Source: an uncultured Eubacteriales bacterium
GTDB taxonomy: Bacteria > Bacillota > Clostridia > Lachnospirales > Lachnospiraceae
Direction: 5' to 3'
DNA length: 57,544 nt
Assembly: GCA_902803205.1 (NCBI GenBank)
Contig: CADCOW010000100.1
Location: 1 to 57,544, forward strand
Below the pieces are notes generated by a model. The model searched no databases and had not been told where the DNA came from. It was given only the letters and a program-made list of their open reading frames with translations. Made by a program: the position numbers and the translations under genes. Of this stretch, positions 23,901 to 28,500 are shown piece by piece. How positions within the stretch are numbered: position 1 is the stretch's first letter; every line of letters begins with the position of its first letter.

Positions 23901-25066
23901 AACGTGCAGGAGCAGAGTTCTTATACTGGTCATATCAATTCTATGATGATGAAGAGGGACTTATACCAAATGAAAATGTAGGTACAAGCTCAGAAACAAT
24001 GGATGAGACTGTGATTTATCCAGCAAAAGGTAAGAGATTAAAACTTACTGCAAACTGGAAAGTTCTTACAGGTGTACTCATCCTTGATCCAAATGGTGGT
24101 GAAGGAAATAGAGTAATACTTGATATGGGAGATTCAAATGGACCATTTGCTATACCTGCAACTGGATTCACATTTGGAGATAAGGTACTTGACCACTGGT
24201 CAACTGATCCAAATGATGCAAATGGTGTAATATACTATGGAGAAGTAACAAGTGTATATAGAGAAAGCAAGTATGATGATGTAATTATATATGCTATATG
24301 GAAATCAGTGAGAAATACTGAGAAGAAAGATAGTTCATTCATAAATGGTGGTAAGATAAGCCTTGGCGGTGGTGGTTCTGGTGGCGGCGGAGGTGGCGGC
24401 GGTGGCGGCGGAGGTGGCGGTGGTTCGCTCACCAACTTGAACCAAACTAATTTTCAAAACGCTGTTGCAAATAACACTCCACTTAATTTAAATCTTGCTA
24501 TAACAAATACTTCACTCTTAAATAACAATGGTAATTGGAGATATGATCCTACTTTGAATAAGTGGCAATATGTTGCAGATGTAGCAAATGCAAATGTAAC
24601 AGTTGGAAATACAACCGCAGGTCTATCACTTCTCGCTATGGGCGGAATTTATCAATTACCAGATGGAGTAGGAGGCACAGGACTTTACTATTTTGATAAC
24701 ATAGGCTGCATGCAGACTGGACTTCAAGAATATGCTGGAGCATACTACTACTTTGACATAACGAGCGGAAAGATGGTTACAGGATGGCAATTAGTAGGTG
24801 GACAATCAGTTTACTTCGGAAGTGATGGAAAGATGTTATTTAATATAGGAAATGTACTTAACGATGCTTCACAACTTAAAGCACTTCAAGCTCAAGCACT
24901 TGCTGCACAAGCTTTACAAGGACAACAAACAGGACTTGGAGGAACTACATCTGCTGCTATAGAGCTTCAAAATAAGGCACTTATAACTGCAGTTAATGAA
25001 TATAATGCTATGCTTGAAGCACAAATGATGTTAGCAGGACTTACTGCAACTTCAGGAACAAGATAA
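2993..25066 (+). CDS. Giant secreted cell-wall-associated surface protein / fibrillar adhesin, 7357 aa (PMP-repeat beta-helix cassettes + Flg_new array + CW_binding_1 anchor)
   Basis: One uninterrupted ORF. AAGAGG RBS lies 7 nt before ATG 2993; the track's TTG 2924 is an in-frame upstream extension. Signal peptide MFSQKVKRVISILLVISMTLCCNGFSVLAGS. GGAIY/GGAVY plus FxxN repeats. About 25 units ending GY.F.GW....LYA.W. C-terminal YYFD..G.M.TGW repeats. Confidence 0.9.
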   Translation: MFSQKVKRVISILLVISMTLCCNGFSVLAGSVEGVVEEQQVATSEKQTPNYYYEYQEYKEEQIVLMGNAGDSKDSGKEKAEGENAEPGNVESNNKDGDALAITDGESDNDSSSFDAENGEEPENKKENEEEPEDDETTTVKEEEETSESVEESESTTETSESVEESESTTETSESVEESETTTETSESVEESESTTETSESKEESESTTETSKKIDETESEKVEETEKTSESVSDETESKKVEESESTTKTSKEDIETSETTKEETTTVVAKEEETTTIEETTKDDGKEENESKTTEKSEESNTNETTKASVQDIDDVKNKTNIEFVEASESYTETSVKVIKKYIYATRSIPEDSIWTLKEILANETTGSFKNLPRNEEIVDKYLAKNIKVLVENQYGDQKVLTVPAKWDIEVLSKVYRPEGFIPNANDYKVSADGKLYEIGEDGKEKEIKEEVETKEVIIEENNIDDENADIKVNDAKENKDEDKKEDDTNIEVTTEENKEENKEDESVEPTEKQEINESIEPTVAGFTGTDDEKTETNNTDNNEVSKKTEEKTIETTVDEHDASVGEENVVYEYETVSADEPIVPSEDELKKDNVIVGNANNKIVNEKNAKEEAVAELNLASLAKSLAELLGGEIIISHETGFSDTLFGATDHEHWVCGRQVCSDTQRNHFNENMNTNHPVTGVKSFQAVNNFDQFESAINNTATSDYDYIVLTANITVNKMLKLTKPLFLCLNDYTLSFTEDGQLCTFYDYQQDPPIDVQHGALTNAICICGCNDNNGTADGICGTIEGTEARYAPAIFYTKNAGVYLFGLGKSNGAGRDVALPYGETGTAADNEVRIKVKNFTLADAITSYRPHPGQKEAPSDTQVYSYTNNYLYNKNSNTIQAVSGVEEPMYNDYSSSFIAMSINDKGQAESQTSRQAFFYALDIENIKSNDGGFANLYYLNSFAMEHCKIINVGAFRGGIVSVDFNNRKFLNTTDTSVNNDYIDIGHNNIQNCGLSKDFTGSGANSKWGDEGKYNNGTNVTVETGHTLMDPEEVYSPDKNGLFLLENYNGGSTDENYRIITSNNFTSNDLSPASVTTGNVDDAVQQYLIYLTFDSVGTNTINVNDNTFTNNKAGVLYIENLYNERHGIPATDGSQGIVYLDKNIIDNNVMGSSALGTDDRPKTLGVMNFQNLSTVLLNTKVTTTTQQTVTNNKGIGTGAVRVSNANIFYVYKTKFENNTASNDGTGVNTARGGAIFVSTCSTVKIGNDVVNQAEKVEFITNGTDYILNGGAVYANDITSLNISDVKFDSNVSDGNGGAVYAEGVGRNTSTNIYGSKFDSNSASNNGGALYYKGDDEKIYKHNLYTSYFLNLTNDTINKFDKNKTASGDGGAIYLANLTDTSNMKYVDVTSDGATARGQLNELAIYNSTGKVNIANSTIYNNQNDSSVERKNYSTIYVNDAELELDSGVHIKQNVNAIRLGKATLSMASYRHVTHNDIDDSDNILIEENTGDYIIGVENDESSYINLKQGKIDNNTLLGTTRNGYVLVTAGDIAYDAAFGYIGKVADEASMKQSTIQLGGNIRLNNNKRDGDVLANMPVEIVPDGVGNYSRPLYRHFNAVIVPIATSAFAEAGTAEKTDDLLTLNSGVIDTRLGRDARISLTAINAIEVDYPTEDSGHTTRAKRAELFKFDDDEDTDYIKFDNRHIQGYDGGSGGAGAQSIFTLERKGQMIPGITIGGTTGDVYENRVVYANRGAGDRISLSDSATLITFKFRMVFQTDRDNPDDYGYGTYVDAIPDQMVEEGTPVMQPIKDYSLAEESSAIYTDAVAGVKEYKVIDIIGNSEGTVESNPSKRFHSWDWSQHVTRPDGAGSSWAPELTAIYANVNHKHKVCGIEWGVECSHLGDTRTNYHKEFGGDCFKRDNTIDKTCIDVRIPEQLMYAKEHPEYMYVLGADIIIKDSINGVNIERVLNDPDNPIPNLKLCLNGHKIIMESSQSLFALTGDCYICDCQATHGTIEYTATESIIPRTTLTGSLFNFRASESSIGSGVYVDNTLSIFGRNGADANPYITFNNLRIGNDDSQGFVTGLNRNDVVSAIRIENVKFLDEYNDGTVHKSERTIERPIMKVAGNAAFDNLVVDGISFNNSGNSIIDLSEKDDSTTNEYNIRTGKYINNRVASGGSSVLRILAKNESNILIQDDQNNATDEGRVHVKNNVIRDYAVFRFGYVDSTTRNNPSKAKFTMKSVDFDYNTAMDVVGVPQYDVNGVALLLENLYGSSQTNMYSIADCKFINNGYNIYDGAGNYSNYDMALNANHKILGAGICMIGDQTGGWNNITYTDLEINETLFEKNFAYKGGAIYLKNSRGIRVQGETVDAEDAFFKGNFADEGSVLYADSEDSTIQGKGSIVFVSQRFLNNGINYGAAGAVVEGNSVKQSKSMIYYAGIGNSNTDGASYIQLRFISPTMKYNYANDGLIKVGNAGSTVEPYSVVISGTDASGSIEYNGLYSQTNTEAYRTYYGGPVFSFCNEVGHNPRINMFERDMNTLEFNVRYNYVGDIDSDGSHRSAVENGLRAVEATASMIFAGKFVIRDNFAKAADGTFKQANVEVKPSFTFTLDDSVDANNMYIFFNTNNLTEEMPLIRWSGTGDAWLANPSIEHIYNDNKAPVITDGLPFSKDGTTEHRTIENLDRPTNVSGDYSVVYKGDDKQLYIGSLQNFAKAIYAVGDYKLLTGEKSWTGPEGQRALALYGKRGATITFDQYTSTDVPNKVFNGFEKYMTEPNGKGWDARTDGNDYVGKTATGEYRTWGFIIKSSGIVTTGYDETSYKVDVDNTEPGHIDYIWYTTHNAHEGLDVVSSDRSAHGTFNSEWVAAYSQAFLRTTYAGSRTSGDKLNNPGITSVDIALMTDIRLEEAITDKEGMNICLNGHVLFAPQNDNVVRLKSTSLDQDSTAKKIAIMNCQTNDLTGIHGYQSATLDDNKRRTGSIRQPLFKIEGLDSIGVANNEATLYIEGVTIGWFDYTGSEDGAIIQASYSNIYIRKHTGTTEIDTTILSNSNNAFTGNNVSFRGHTPISLFDTSLELKNLTVKGLGTTNGTDEHAPANLGENGFIHMYGSGTMPDTSEWRNKITKSFAGDPDSIAIKDITLDSVYFSSDKAFFNLEDVMSSNTNEGDIIIENIETKGTGVHNKKDNAKGGLFYISVPSDNGVVTRNFNLKGANWNNNTGFNNETYGSGALIYVEDFKANLRDNYYNVTFTNQEFKNFYAAKDGGLVYFNTSGIWDARLNVLFDYPLTANMSIHDIKAGRNGGLVYMGQTNWNSDHKVKNKLTFEKTANADNINMYLYNIEAAEKGGVFYLTDTIFDTRKTKTTGETGKSPRMIVGVDSTGTALPVKAADGAYLYQKRSITTLKDITISATNEASAVGGSIVYVDGSEIPLTGETRDLTQMHDSITFGGYEAGLEATYQNLSFYIDDDRNYYNTTKGAVIIGTYSDMYLNGTVIMSDKRIFTNHIDKSEVLYIRGVGLNNEDLTNLGVERKILANFRANDRALTNTDDASTVNGSVIYGSVERADRMLLSGWVVSALNFKTSIFPSWQYYQDDHSKTMNTYESGSAADANIHIGYTDAVIKFVTTKLDDPNHLYEFRTAEGAGMGSAKLISGVTDAEFRTLAVDASGRSADDLLGFVAYRSNSTGSSKWIGKYIVDEKDPVDNRDLGYIYVANQENYVIAVWKEETNIPDVTLFNDKYGETGYSLVQPNLGATTGLRNFVKTEFYEQLYYTDDTVYGYNVINNLQDAWTVFGTGDNTSGYTVISSGSIAEPIINDEEIIVMNGKQIFKNYDTPIYNNNNGTFVLYNNDTTTVTLDNGKIGPNRTAEHITHNLISAKNVQIVGKVRFDGLHFEDGSDVSLVDMLQDDLGSYGTLHILGTNFENITNLKLNLANEQPTYIYDTEFDNMTGPTTPIYYKDFDTTSRTTSTINIGTMSFVNSKVHSVISVPGYATSEADETRFGDELLMIDNSIFTNIEGAYNHTMSSDVRSTDSSILRVRNGLSTYQQEVYLRNTKLSSNKNLNSIIGVYGHTLMLDTCEVKDNTVEIGEYIIAQYKADNIVGLNYRIKNSTITNNILTELSSANAGYIIYQDYVDRRVSDNSSTIAISMNLIASTSITNNRANAAIYNSDIRGGGSASMNYSFGGYVDITKNVRPITGNPEYNLLVKDSAAFVAQTINFVGNNTTPGLPVDLNDLISSKSTIGVRMEGTFNPNDVKFIANETWIDEIKSLGATYQIFKSDDDTLIPVKQNNSIVLMKKTEIYNLNVVQTNFEPNEDNVSVDTQYLRQDSDNDIETIADKPIDPVSEVLDHTFDSWRQDKHLKQEYRFGSGGTQLEGEGVNPRIATIYGLWRKYIKVTIVTNNGGNGLDGNPLPDVKYNNRVVEIGTYSVLQGKALSKSEKFTYIDKTSGTEYEITDQVILATRAGLERSGMSMAENWYTENHFNGGQGGSEWKEEWIYEDDVEHTVIKDMTLYVRWLGDKKKMRFEYYDSGSTLYATGSTAVDNVKGGDYDDRYNAAVDEYYNDVVDGLFTPVRFGYRFINWHSSPSELFSDDNVIYNGKPFVWTEDIVAYAEWKPATYSIIFAVSEENKEIQHESDGTPDLATRVEAILTFDEGLRNSKYKLNNPFFKNGYKPTGYTYEMDKRPDDSGEIEGVDTPLGNINLYNAVTVQEGDEWKLDKGDPTVVYVEYEANTYKLIFDTNDGALGNGDTYKGSNLVSTASEIFGSDFTYDADTNKFSANLVYDTVVSDNIELPEAIRKGYTFEGWYTNKDRTADHKINNSDTFNWKEISTKAPEYTEFIKATDSTLYAKWTNNMYNIEFVAAEDEDLRNSITVDTTKIKTINGVYFDATESITIPNISGTDGNYLYKVDGYVFEGSTVDYEDPDDNTYEDVLIPHATQNIVFDVNKEFNNLKIENIGEGTPTVRVVGKWRERQYEVHYNANPPAGKTLDAGEINYATDSLTYTENYAIRMPSNENPLKITGYRFVGWATFSEASASIADEIKYKSGTDYNEESRLAAKEQSIVGDENDKVDVYNLYAIWQKSPYKVNFVVADEGDVDNEGVEDYILEDKDFEQYFSADFDSVQKFNALGFKVPGYTFKYWNDTAPLAGNRSTYSDAYEIPAHYSIRNGSEDETIEEVTLYGKWSQNKYTIYFDVEVPKSPLAGVTNVYKGSQSEIVAKYYDEIDIAARYAAEPVTIDGYVLDYWEDEYGNRYVYDEESIDGNIVTQMASTVSDAERYKLTAHFKKAEVHIELNQNWEDAVELPIFNTVFDASYSELQELPKPVRPGYKFMGWTRKLATPYEIVASDKYVLGSDIVRATPTNADSDEVLYAHWNHIPYKLTLDSGKETGLSGLVQTGTYSTTNKATMSRTVRYERVIGERGERDEYVEELAVPELAGYRFNGYQYILNGLEEEADKNTEYWQTSDGTITALWEPIEYKVEFVKGADDAEGQMATISVVYNELTSLTPIDETGPLDQTFKRKGYSFDYWENTNFNAENLKNINAYNGSLKVLASYSDAADIGHLTEVHNKVVTFKANWKEHEYEIEFNKNVPTVTGHPEIVNDVKGDMENQVLKYTNSENKKLTKNVYKLDGYEFMGWASRSDATIADFSDEEVVHKLAGEGYGPDGDRDNIDPFVLYAVWKAKKYKVNFNLNDKDENAWGSTTASEVYKNDGTPVDFNRKNYELEFTYDEPIGTLVGRENANLPNLRAGERTGYEFVGWASTISNIVPKDVARSARAAASLTKDTIFRATSNVTFYAMWSNKEYNVNYNIYTRNYTSPGDVPNLVIPEGRDKVYFDCVFGSDGERNGIISNPGVLPTSDGGQFAFKGWYYDQKFYLNDDLVTIRDIASPAESTRVFNNDPVFNYDLYKAIIATWSWADIPASGFNINAWYAGKSRSLYINPNGGEIWFGGKSNTRTVGHRYKATDSFVASIDVSMNIKINEAGLDALPENNNTWFQDAALDTFLSDNKDAVYKGGYTFKGWRTVRNTEGRGAMVPGYITNDIPPAGYTGYWSDAEDSYIKAEWEARRYRITYDVNIPKKPGTNQDASTRDLLTWRHPDPTMSVDSAPDDKEVTFDTVIQPAAGEVATFSIPVLPGYTFKGWYIYQKDKNNKLVKTRLDEGVHTWKYVDFEKFYDPQGQNEYYIVSAAYPAISYFPSGEVREVKPLKIYAEWQANEYVLAFDGYKGNAETDYSFRLNGKTYTSTSQLATVSITFDTKIPNTKWPTNITREGYDAMGWFAISGDWPQADTWNMTNTHWFRPVKNSEDSSVVVGRDITEYGLELVRDYNATTNPTDNLYTMNNFTGTVTLRPVWYPKQIAIEWDATYSTASTLPFVRGAQNKYTSYILYNDAFGLDRNTRPIGPNEELGITKTWPDPNRTHDGTIIGQTIAAGNVIRYQEDPTEIYLPGYRFVGWNDKSTRLGNDITYTTIATAPNSAAKKTVYAKWEPVAHKITFVANTGGDYGSSPITGIPADVNVVFDGKVPTLPSPTRVGYNFKGWYTKDGVDGGTWSGDWGIEIKKDVIYNWKDNKSALYGLTTAEKAEFNDPNNQFTLTVYAKWEPKKYNVNFYLNDSRQGRGSTQAKFNGITGIAENANPGTLYVYYDHSLYVKDYTKKEGVSGRNRTNKELPLAANLVRTGYTPNSNTWNTNQDGVSGSILDFNEAYTTNGNTNYYANWDAETWKITFDRTVQSSLKPKSAKEAQVAIRPMVHTSDEDAITNINPKEVLFDTPIVIDEAAELISTNAGEEVVGYTFNKWCIDKSYNLNRRTYRSNDSITINKSLLDLNYIVKDEQNKTITLYPTFVENDIIIRFNDNYDTYEVEASPSQTLDFDPIRASYNELVNILDPMAHGFDGANRTLEFTGWSTHKTPRLANTELPEYPISNNNEINVTRLAGSGEVTLYAHWRPKRYKIDYENDNKNISWNSITADVPTWYDATPMIEKVVPGVGDEGAPKRAGAEFLYWSYQFYDDEEGLIPNENVGTSSETMDETVIYPAKGKRLKLTANWKVLTGVLILDPNGGEGNRVILDMGDSNGPFAIPATGFTFGDKVLDHWSTDPNDANGVIYYGEVTSVYRESKYDDVIIYAIWKSVRNTEKKDSSFINGGKISLGGGGSGGGGGGGGGGGGGGGSLTNLNQTNFQNAVANNTPLNLNLAITNTSLLNNNGNWRYDPTLNKWQYVADVANANVTVGNTTAGLSLLAMGGIYQLPDGVGGTGLYYFDNIGCMQTGLQEYAGAYYYFDITSGKMVTGWQLVGGQSVYFGSDGKMLFNIGNVLNDASQLKALQAQALAAQALQGQQTGLGGTTSAAIELQNKALITAVNEYNAMLEAQMMLAGLTATSGTR
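3428..3622 (+). repeat. 39-bp in-frame tandem repeat x5 (TSESVEESESTTE) inside an acidic E/S/T-rich region
   Basis: Units at 3428, 3467, 3506, 3545 and 3584. The last unit is diverged. Confidence 0.85.
4952..15800 (+). other. Three beta-helix cassettes of giant protein 1, each opened by a His(/Cys) cluster and a CLNGH/CLNDY motif
   Basis: Cassette heads at about 4952 (DHEHWVCGRQVC..LCLNDY), about 8600 (NHKHKVCGIEWGVECSH..LCLNGH) and about 11458 (THNAHEG..ICLNGH; His-rich, no Cys cluster). PMP-type GGA[IVL]Y/F..N motifs are seen, for example, at 6700-7150 and 12700-13000. Confidence 0.6.
15828..24305 (+). repeat. Array of about 25 Listeria-Bacteroides (Flg_new / InlB B-repeat type) domains in giant protein 1
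   Basis: Recurrent units of about 70-110 aa of the form Y.[IV].[FY]..N......GY.F.GW........[LV]YA.W, counted by their terminal YA.W-type motifs. Confidence 0.75.
24365..24424 (+). repeat. GGN-codon tract encoding a poly-Gly hinge (GGGGSG~14-15)
   Basis: A GC-rich run of GGY/GGA codons in AT-rich DNA. The equivalent tract in gene 2 is at 46741-46782. Confidence 0.9.
24521..24845 (+). other. Cell-wall-binding (CW_binding_1 / choline-binding-type) repeats, C-terminal anchor of giant protein 1
   Basis: GLYYFDNIGCMQTGLQEYAGAYYYFDITSGKMVTGWQLVGGQSVYFGSDGKM. Confidence 0.7.
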
Positions 25067-25095
25067 ATAGTAAAAGTAGGCTTATAGCCTATATG

Positions 25096-25121
25096 AGGGG
25101 CGGACAAACCGCCCCTTTTTA
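25096..25121 (+). terminator. Rho-independent terminator of giant gene 1
   Basis: GGGGCGG (25097-25103), loop ACAAA, CCGCCCC (25109-25115), then TTTTT. Confidence 0.8.
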
Positions 25122-25128
25122 ATTGTCT

Positions 25129-25289
25129 GTAGTGGCGGATATCATCCGACCATTTGATGCTAACACTGTAGTGGCGGATATCATCCGCCCACAAATAATA
25201 AAAAATTGGAAGATAATATCTTCCCCTACAAAAGTCCGTAGGGGCGGATATCATCCGCCCACACCCGTATGGGCGAACTATGTGAACCC
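25129..25289. repeat. Cluster of five family-A REP-like elements (GTAG + GC hairpin)
   Basis: 25129-25151 (+), 25168-25190 (+), 25208-25229 (- strand; variant GTAGGGGAAGATATTATCTTCC), 25238-25260 (+), 25267-25289 (+, decayed GTAT form). Confidence 0.85.
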
Positions 25290-25336
25290 AATGTTATGTG
25301 GATTTCAATAGCCCAAAATAGCCATTTTTTAGCATT

Positions 25337-25365
25337 AAAAAGTATTAAAATAGTATTAAGATTTT
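25337..25365 (+). promoter_or_regulatory. Candidate operator of giant gene 2 (AGCATTAA / AGTATTAA / AGTATTAA direct repeats)
   Basis: The 29-nt block is identical to 2764-2792 and sits at the same 48-nt offset to the -35. A third, weaker repeat is at 25331-25338. Confidence 0.45.
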
Positions 25366-25384
25366 TAAAAAAACTTAAAAAAGG

Positions 25385-25413
25385 TTGAAATTATAAGGCT
25401 TTTTATGTATAAT
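25385..25413 (+). promoter_or_regulatory. Sigma-70/SigA-type promoter of giant gene 2
   Basis: TTGAAA (25385-25390), 17 nt spacer, TATAAT (25408-25413). Confidence 0.6.
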
Positions 25414-25530
25414 ATTAAAAATGGGTCTCTTAGCTCATTTGTATATTTTTGCGTGAATACGCAATGTGTTTTAATTGCAAGAATAAAATTTTTGTGATTA
25501 AAAAAATAAAAATTTTTAAGAGGTTTGGTT

Positions 25531-28500
25531 ATGTTTGGTGAAAAAATGAAAAAAGCAATTTCAATAGCACTCATTTTTGGTATGGTGTTATCGGGAAATG
25601 GATTCACTATACTTGCTTCGAGTGTAGATGATGCCGTATTGAAATCGGAACAAGAGTCTGAAAATAAAGGACAAAAGAATTATTATCAGATGATGTATCA
25701 AGAACAATATTACGAGCAGACAACAGTCGTTAGTAATAATCTTTTTGGTACAGAAAATACAGAAGCTGAGAATAAAGAAAATAATATAGACTCAACTACT
25801 GCATTTGAAAATGATGGAAGTGAAAGTGGGGATGAAAATAAACCTACTTTACAAGGTTCAAATCAAAATCAAATAACTGATGGAGAAAATTATGGAATTG
25901 AAAAACCAGAAGATGCTTTTAATTCTGAAGAAGAAAATGAAGAAAATAAAGCAAACGAAGAAGAACCAGAAGTTGATGAAACTACAACCACAGTAAAAGA
26001 AAAAGAGGAAGAAACTACTGTTGATGAAACTTTAGTTATTTCTTCAAATGAAAATGAAAACCAAACAACAACCAATAATAATATAGATGAAACAACTATA
26101 GTTTCTGAAGAAACTACAAAAAATGAAAATGAAGAATCAACAACAGCGCCAGTTGAGACAACAAAAGAAGGTGAAGGCGAAAAAGAAACTAAGTCAGAAG
26201 AAGAGAGTACTACAGTAGAAGAAAGTACAACTGAAACAAGTAAAATAGATGAAAGCACTACTGAGACAAGTAAAGTTGAAGAAATCACTACTGAAACAAG
26301 TAAAGTAGAAGAAAGTGCAACTGAGACAAGTAAAGTAGAAGAGAGCACAACAGAAACAAGTAAAGAAGAAACAAGTGCAACAAATGAAAGCAGCGTAGAA
26401 TCAAGCGAGACAACACAAGAAACAACTACAGAAGAAGTTACTACTACTGAAGAAACTACTACAAAAGTGAAAGATACTGAAGATGAAGAAGCAACAAATA
26501 GTGAGACTAAAAAAAATATAACTGAAAGTGAAAATGCTACTAAGTCAGACGCAGATGAAACTGAAAATAATAATGTAGATGAAGCAACAGCTTCTAATGT
26601 AAGTGAGAAAAAAGAAGCAACTTTGTCAGAAATAGATTTAATCACTGATTTAAAATCTACAGAGAGCGAAATAAAATTTGAGAAAGTAGAAAAAGCGACT
26701 GTATCTATCGCAACTGTAAGTGTGGCAAGTGAATCAGAGACTACTGCTACTGAAAGTGTTATAAGAGTAGTAAAATATATAGTAGCTACAAGAGCACAAA
26801 TCGCTACTACAAGTATTTGGAAAGTTAAAAAGTTCCTTATAAATGATGACCTTACAGGTTCATTTATGGGTTCAGACCCAACTGAAGAAGAAATGAATGA
26901 AAAATATCTTCCAAAGAAAGTTAGAGTACTTATAGCAGACCAACTTGGCAATGAGAGAGTAGTTACTATTGATGCTAAGTGGGATAGAATAAGAGTTAAT
27001 CTTCAATCAGGAGCAAAAGTAGAAAGTGTACCTACAGCTACTAAAGCATTTATACCAGTTAATCTTTCAAATAGAGGACTTAAGGTTGATGTCAATAAAG
27101 GAACATTTGCTGCTGATACTATAGATGTAGCAAAAGAAGATGCAGATAGAAAGTTTAATGAGCAAGTTCAAAAAGGTATCAATGAGTTTTATGCTGAATC
27201 AATGTCAGAAGAATTGGAAAAAAGTGGAGAGACTATTGATGAAACAATTGAGACTGATGAAGATGGCAACATTATAAATACTACTATAGATGATGAAAAT
27301 AATAATCAAAATGAAGAAAATAATGAGCAAACTTCTACTACAGAAAAAGTAGAAAACGGTGATGAGACAACTATAAAAGAGACAACAAAAGAAGAAACAA
27401 CTACAGAAGAAACAACTACAGAAGAAACTACAAAAGAAGAAACTACTACAAATATAGCACCTACTGAAGCAACAACTGAAAAAGGTAATACAGAAGAACC
27501 TACAGTTGCTGGATTTAATTTGTCTGAAAATGATGCAGAACCAGAAGCAGATAGTGGTGAAGTAGATGATGATGGCAATAAGATAGTAGGTAGTCAAGCA
27601 TCAAATAATGTAGCAAACACATCTGAAGCTACAAATGATGAAACAACAGTTTCAAATAATGAAACCACAATAAGTGTATCAACAAGCAGCGTAATAGAAT
27701 CAGGTAATGATTCTGCTGTAGTTGAACCTTATAAAATTGAGACAGTTTATGAAAAAACAACTATAGAAAAAGTAGCTGAGTCAGATTTAGTTGAAGATCC
27801 AGGTTTACTTGGTAATGTGGCAACTCAAATAGTTAATCCAAATACTGCAAATTTCGCAGTAGGTGGTGAACTTAATATGGATTCTGCTTTATCAGATCTT
27901 GCTAATATTCTTGGGAATGATTCAGTAGTTATCATCCCACAATTAGAACCTATTCAACTTAAAACTTTTGGAAGTGGTAATAATAAATTAGGCCTTACTC
28001 CAAATGGTGGTGGTGGAGGTGGAGGACTTTTTGGTACTCCAGGACCAGGCTCACATGAAGGGCATGGAAGTAATATTAACTATCATGCAGCTGGTCAACA
28101 ATATGTAACTGATTTATCACACTATACAGTAGTTGATAAAACTTGGACAAATGCATATGTTGTTGAGAAAGAAAGTGATATAAGAGATTATGCAAATGAT
28201 AGTTCAAGAAATAATTGTTTATTAATTCTTGGTGCATCATTTACTATAAATGATGATGTAGATTTTAAGAAAAAGAATTTCTATCTTTGTGCAAATGGTA
28301 ATACACTTACTTTTGGATTTGAGGAAGATACAAAAAATAACACTGTAAAAGTGGGTAGAATATTACATTGTAGAGATATCATAGTAACTAACTGTAAAAC
28401 AACTGGTGGTATGTCTGGTCTTAATACTACAAGTACAGATGTTTCAACTCACGTTCCTTATGATAGAAAAGCATCTGTATCTTATGTCAATGAATCAGGA

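Noticed and set aside
24235-24435. A minus-strand ORF encoding a poly-Pro peptide.
   Set aside because: It is simply the antisense reading of the GGN poly-Gly tract inside giant gene 1.
24425-25066. An LPXTG sortase signal or a toxin-like C-terminal domain on the giant proteins (also 46786-47448).
   Set aside because: There is no LPXTG-type motif followed by a hydrophobic segment and a basic tail. The C-termini contain CW_binding_1-type repeats and a short Q/A/L-rich tail. No recognisable enzymatic or polymorphic-toxin module follows the repeats.
24967-25311. ORFs 24967-25254 (-) and 25123-25311 (+) in the intergenic region between the giants, and 53010-53279 (-).
   Set aside because: Their reading frames are made of the REP-like repeats (recurrent ADIIRP / DDIRHY peptides). 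They have no RBS and overlap the terminator and promoter elements.
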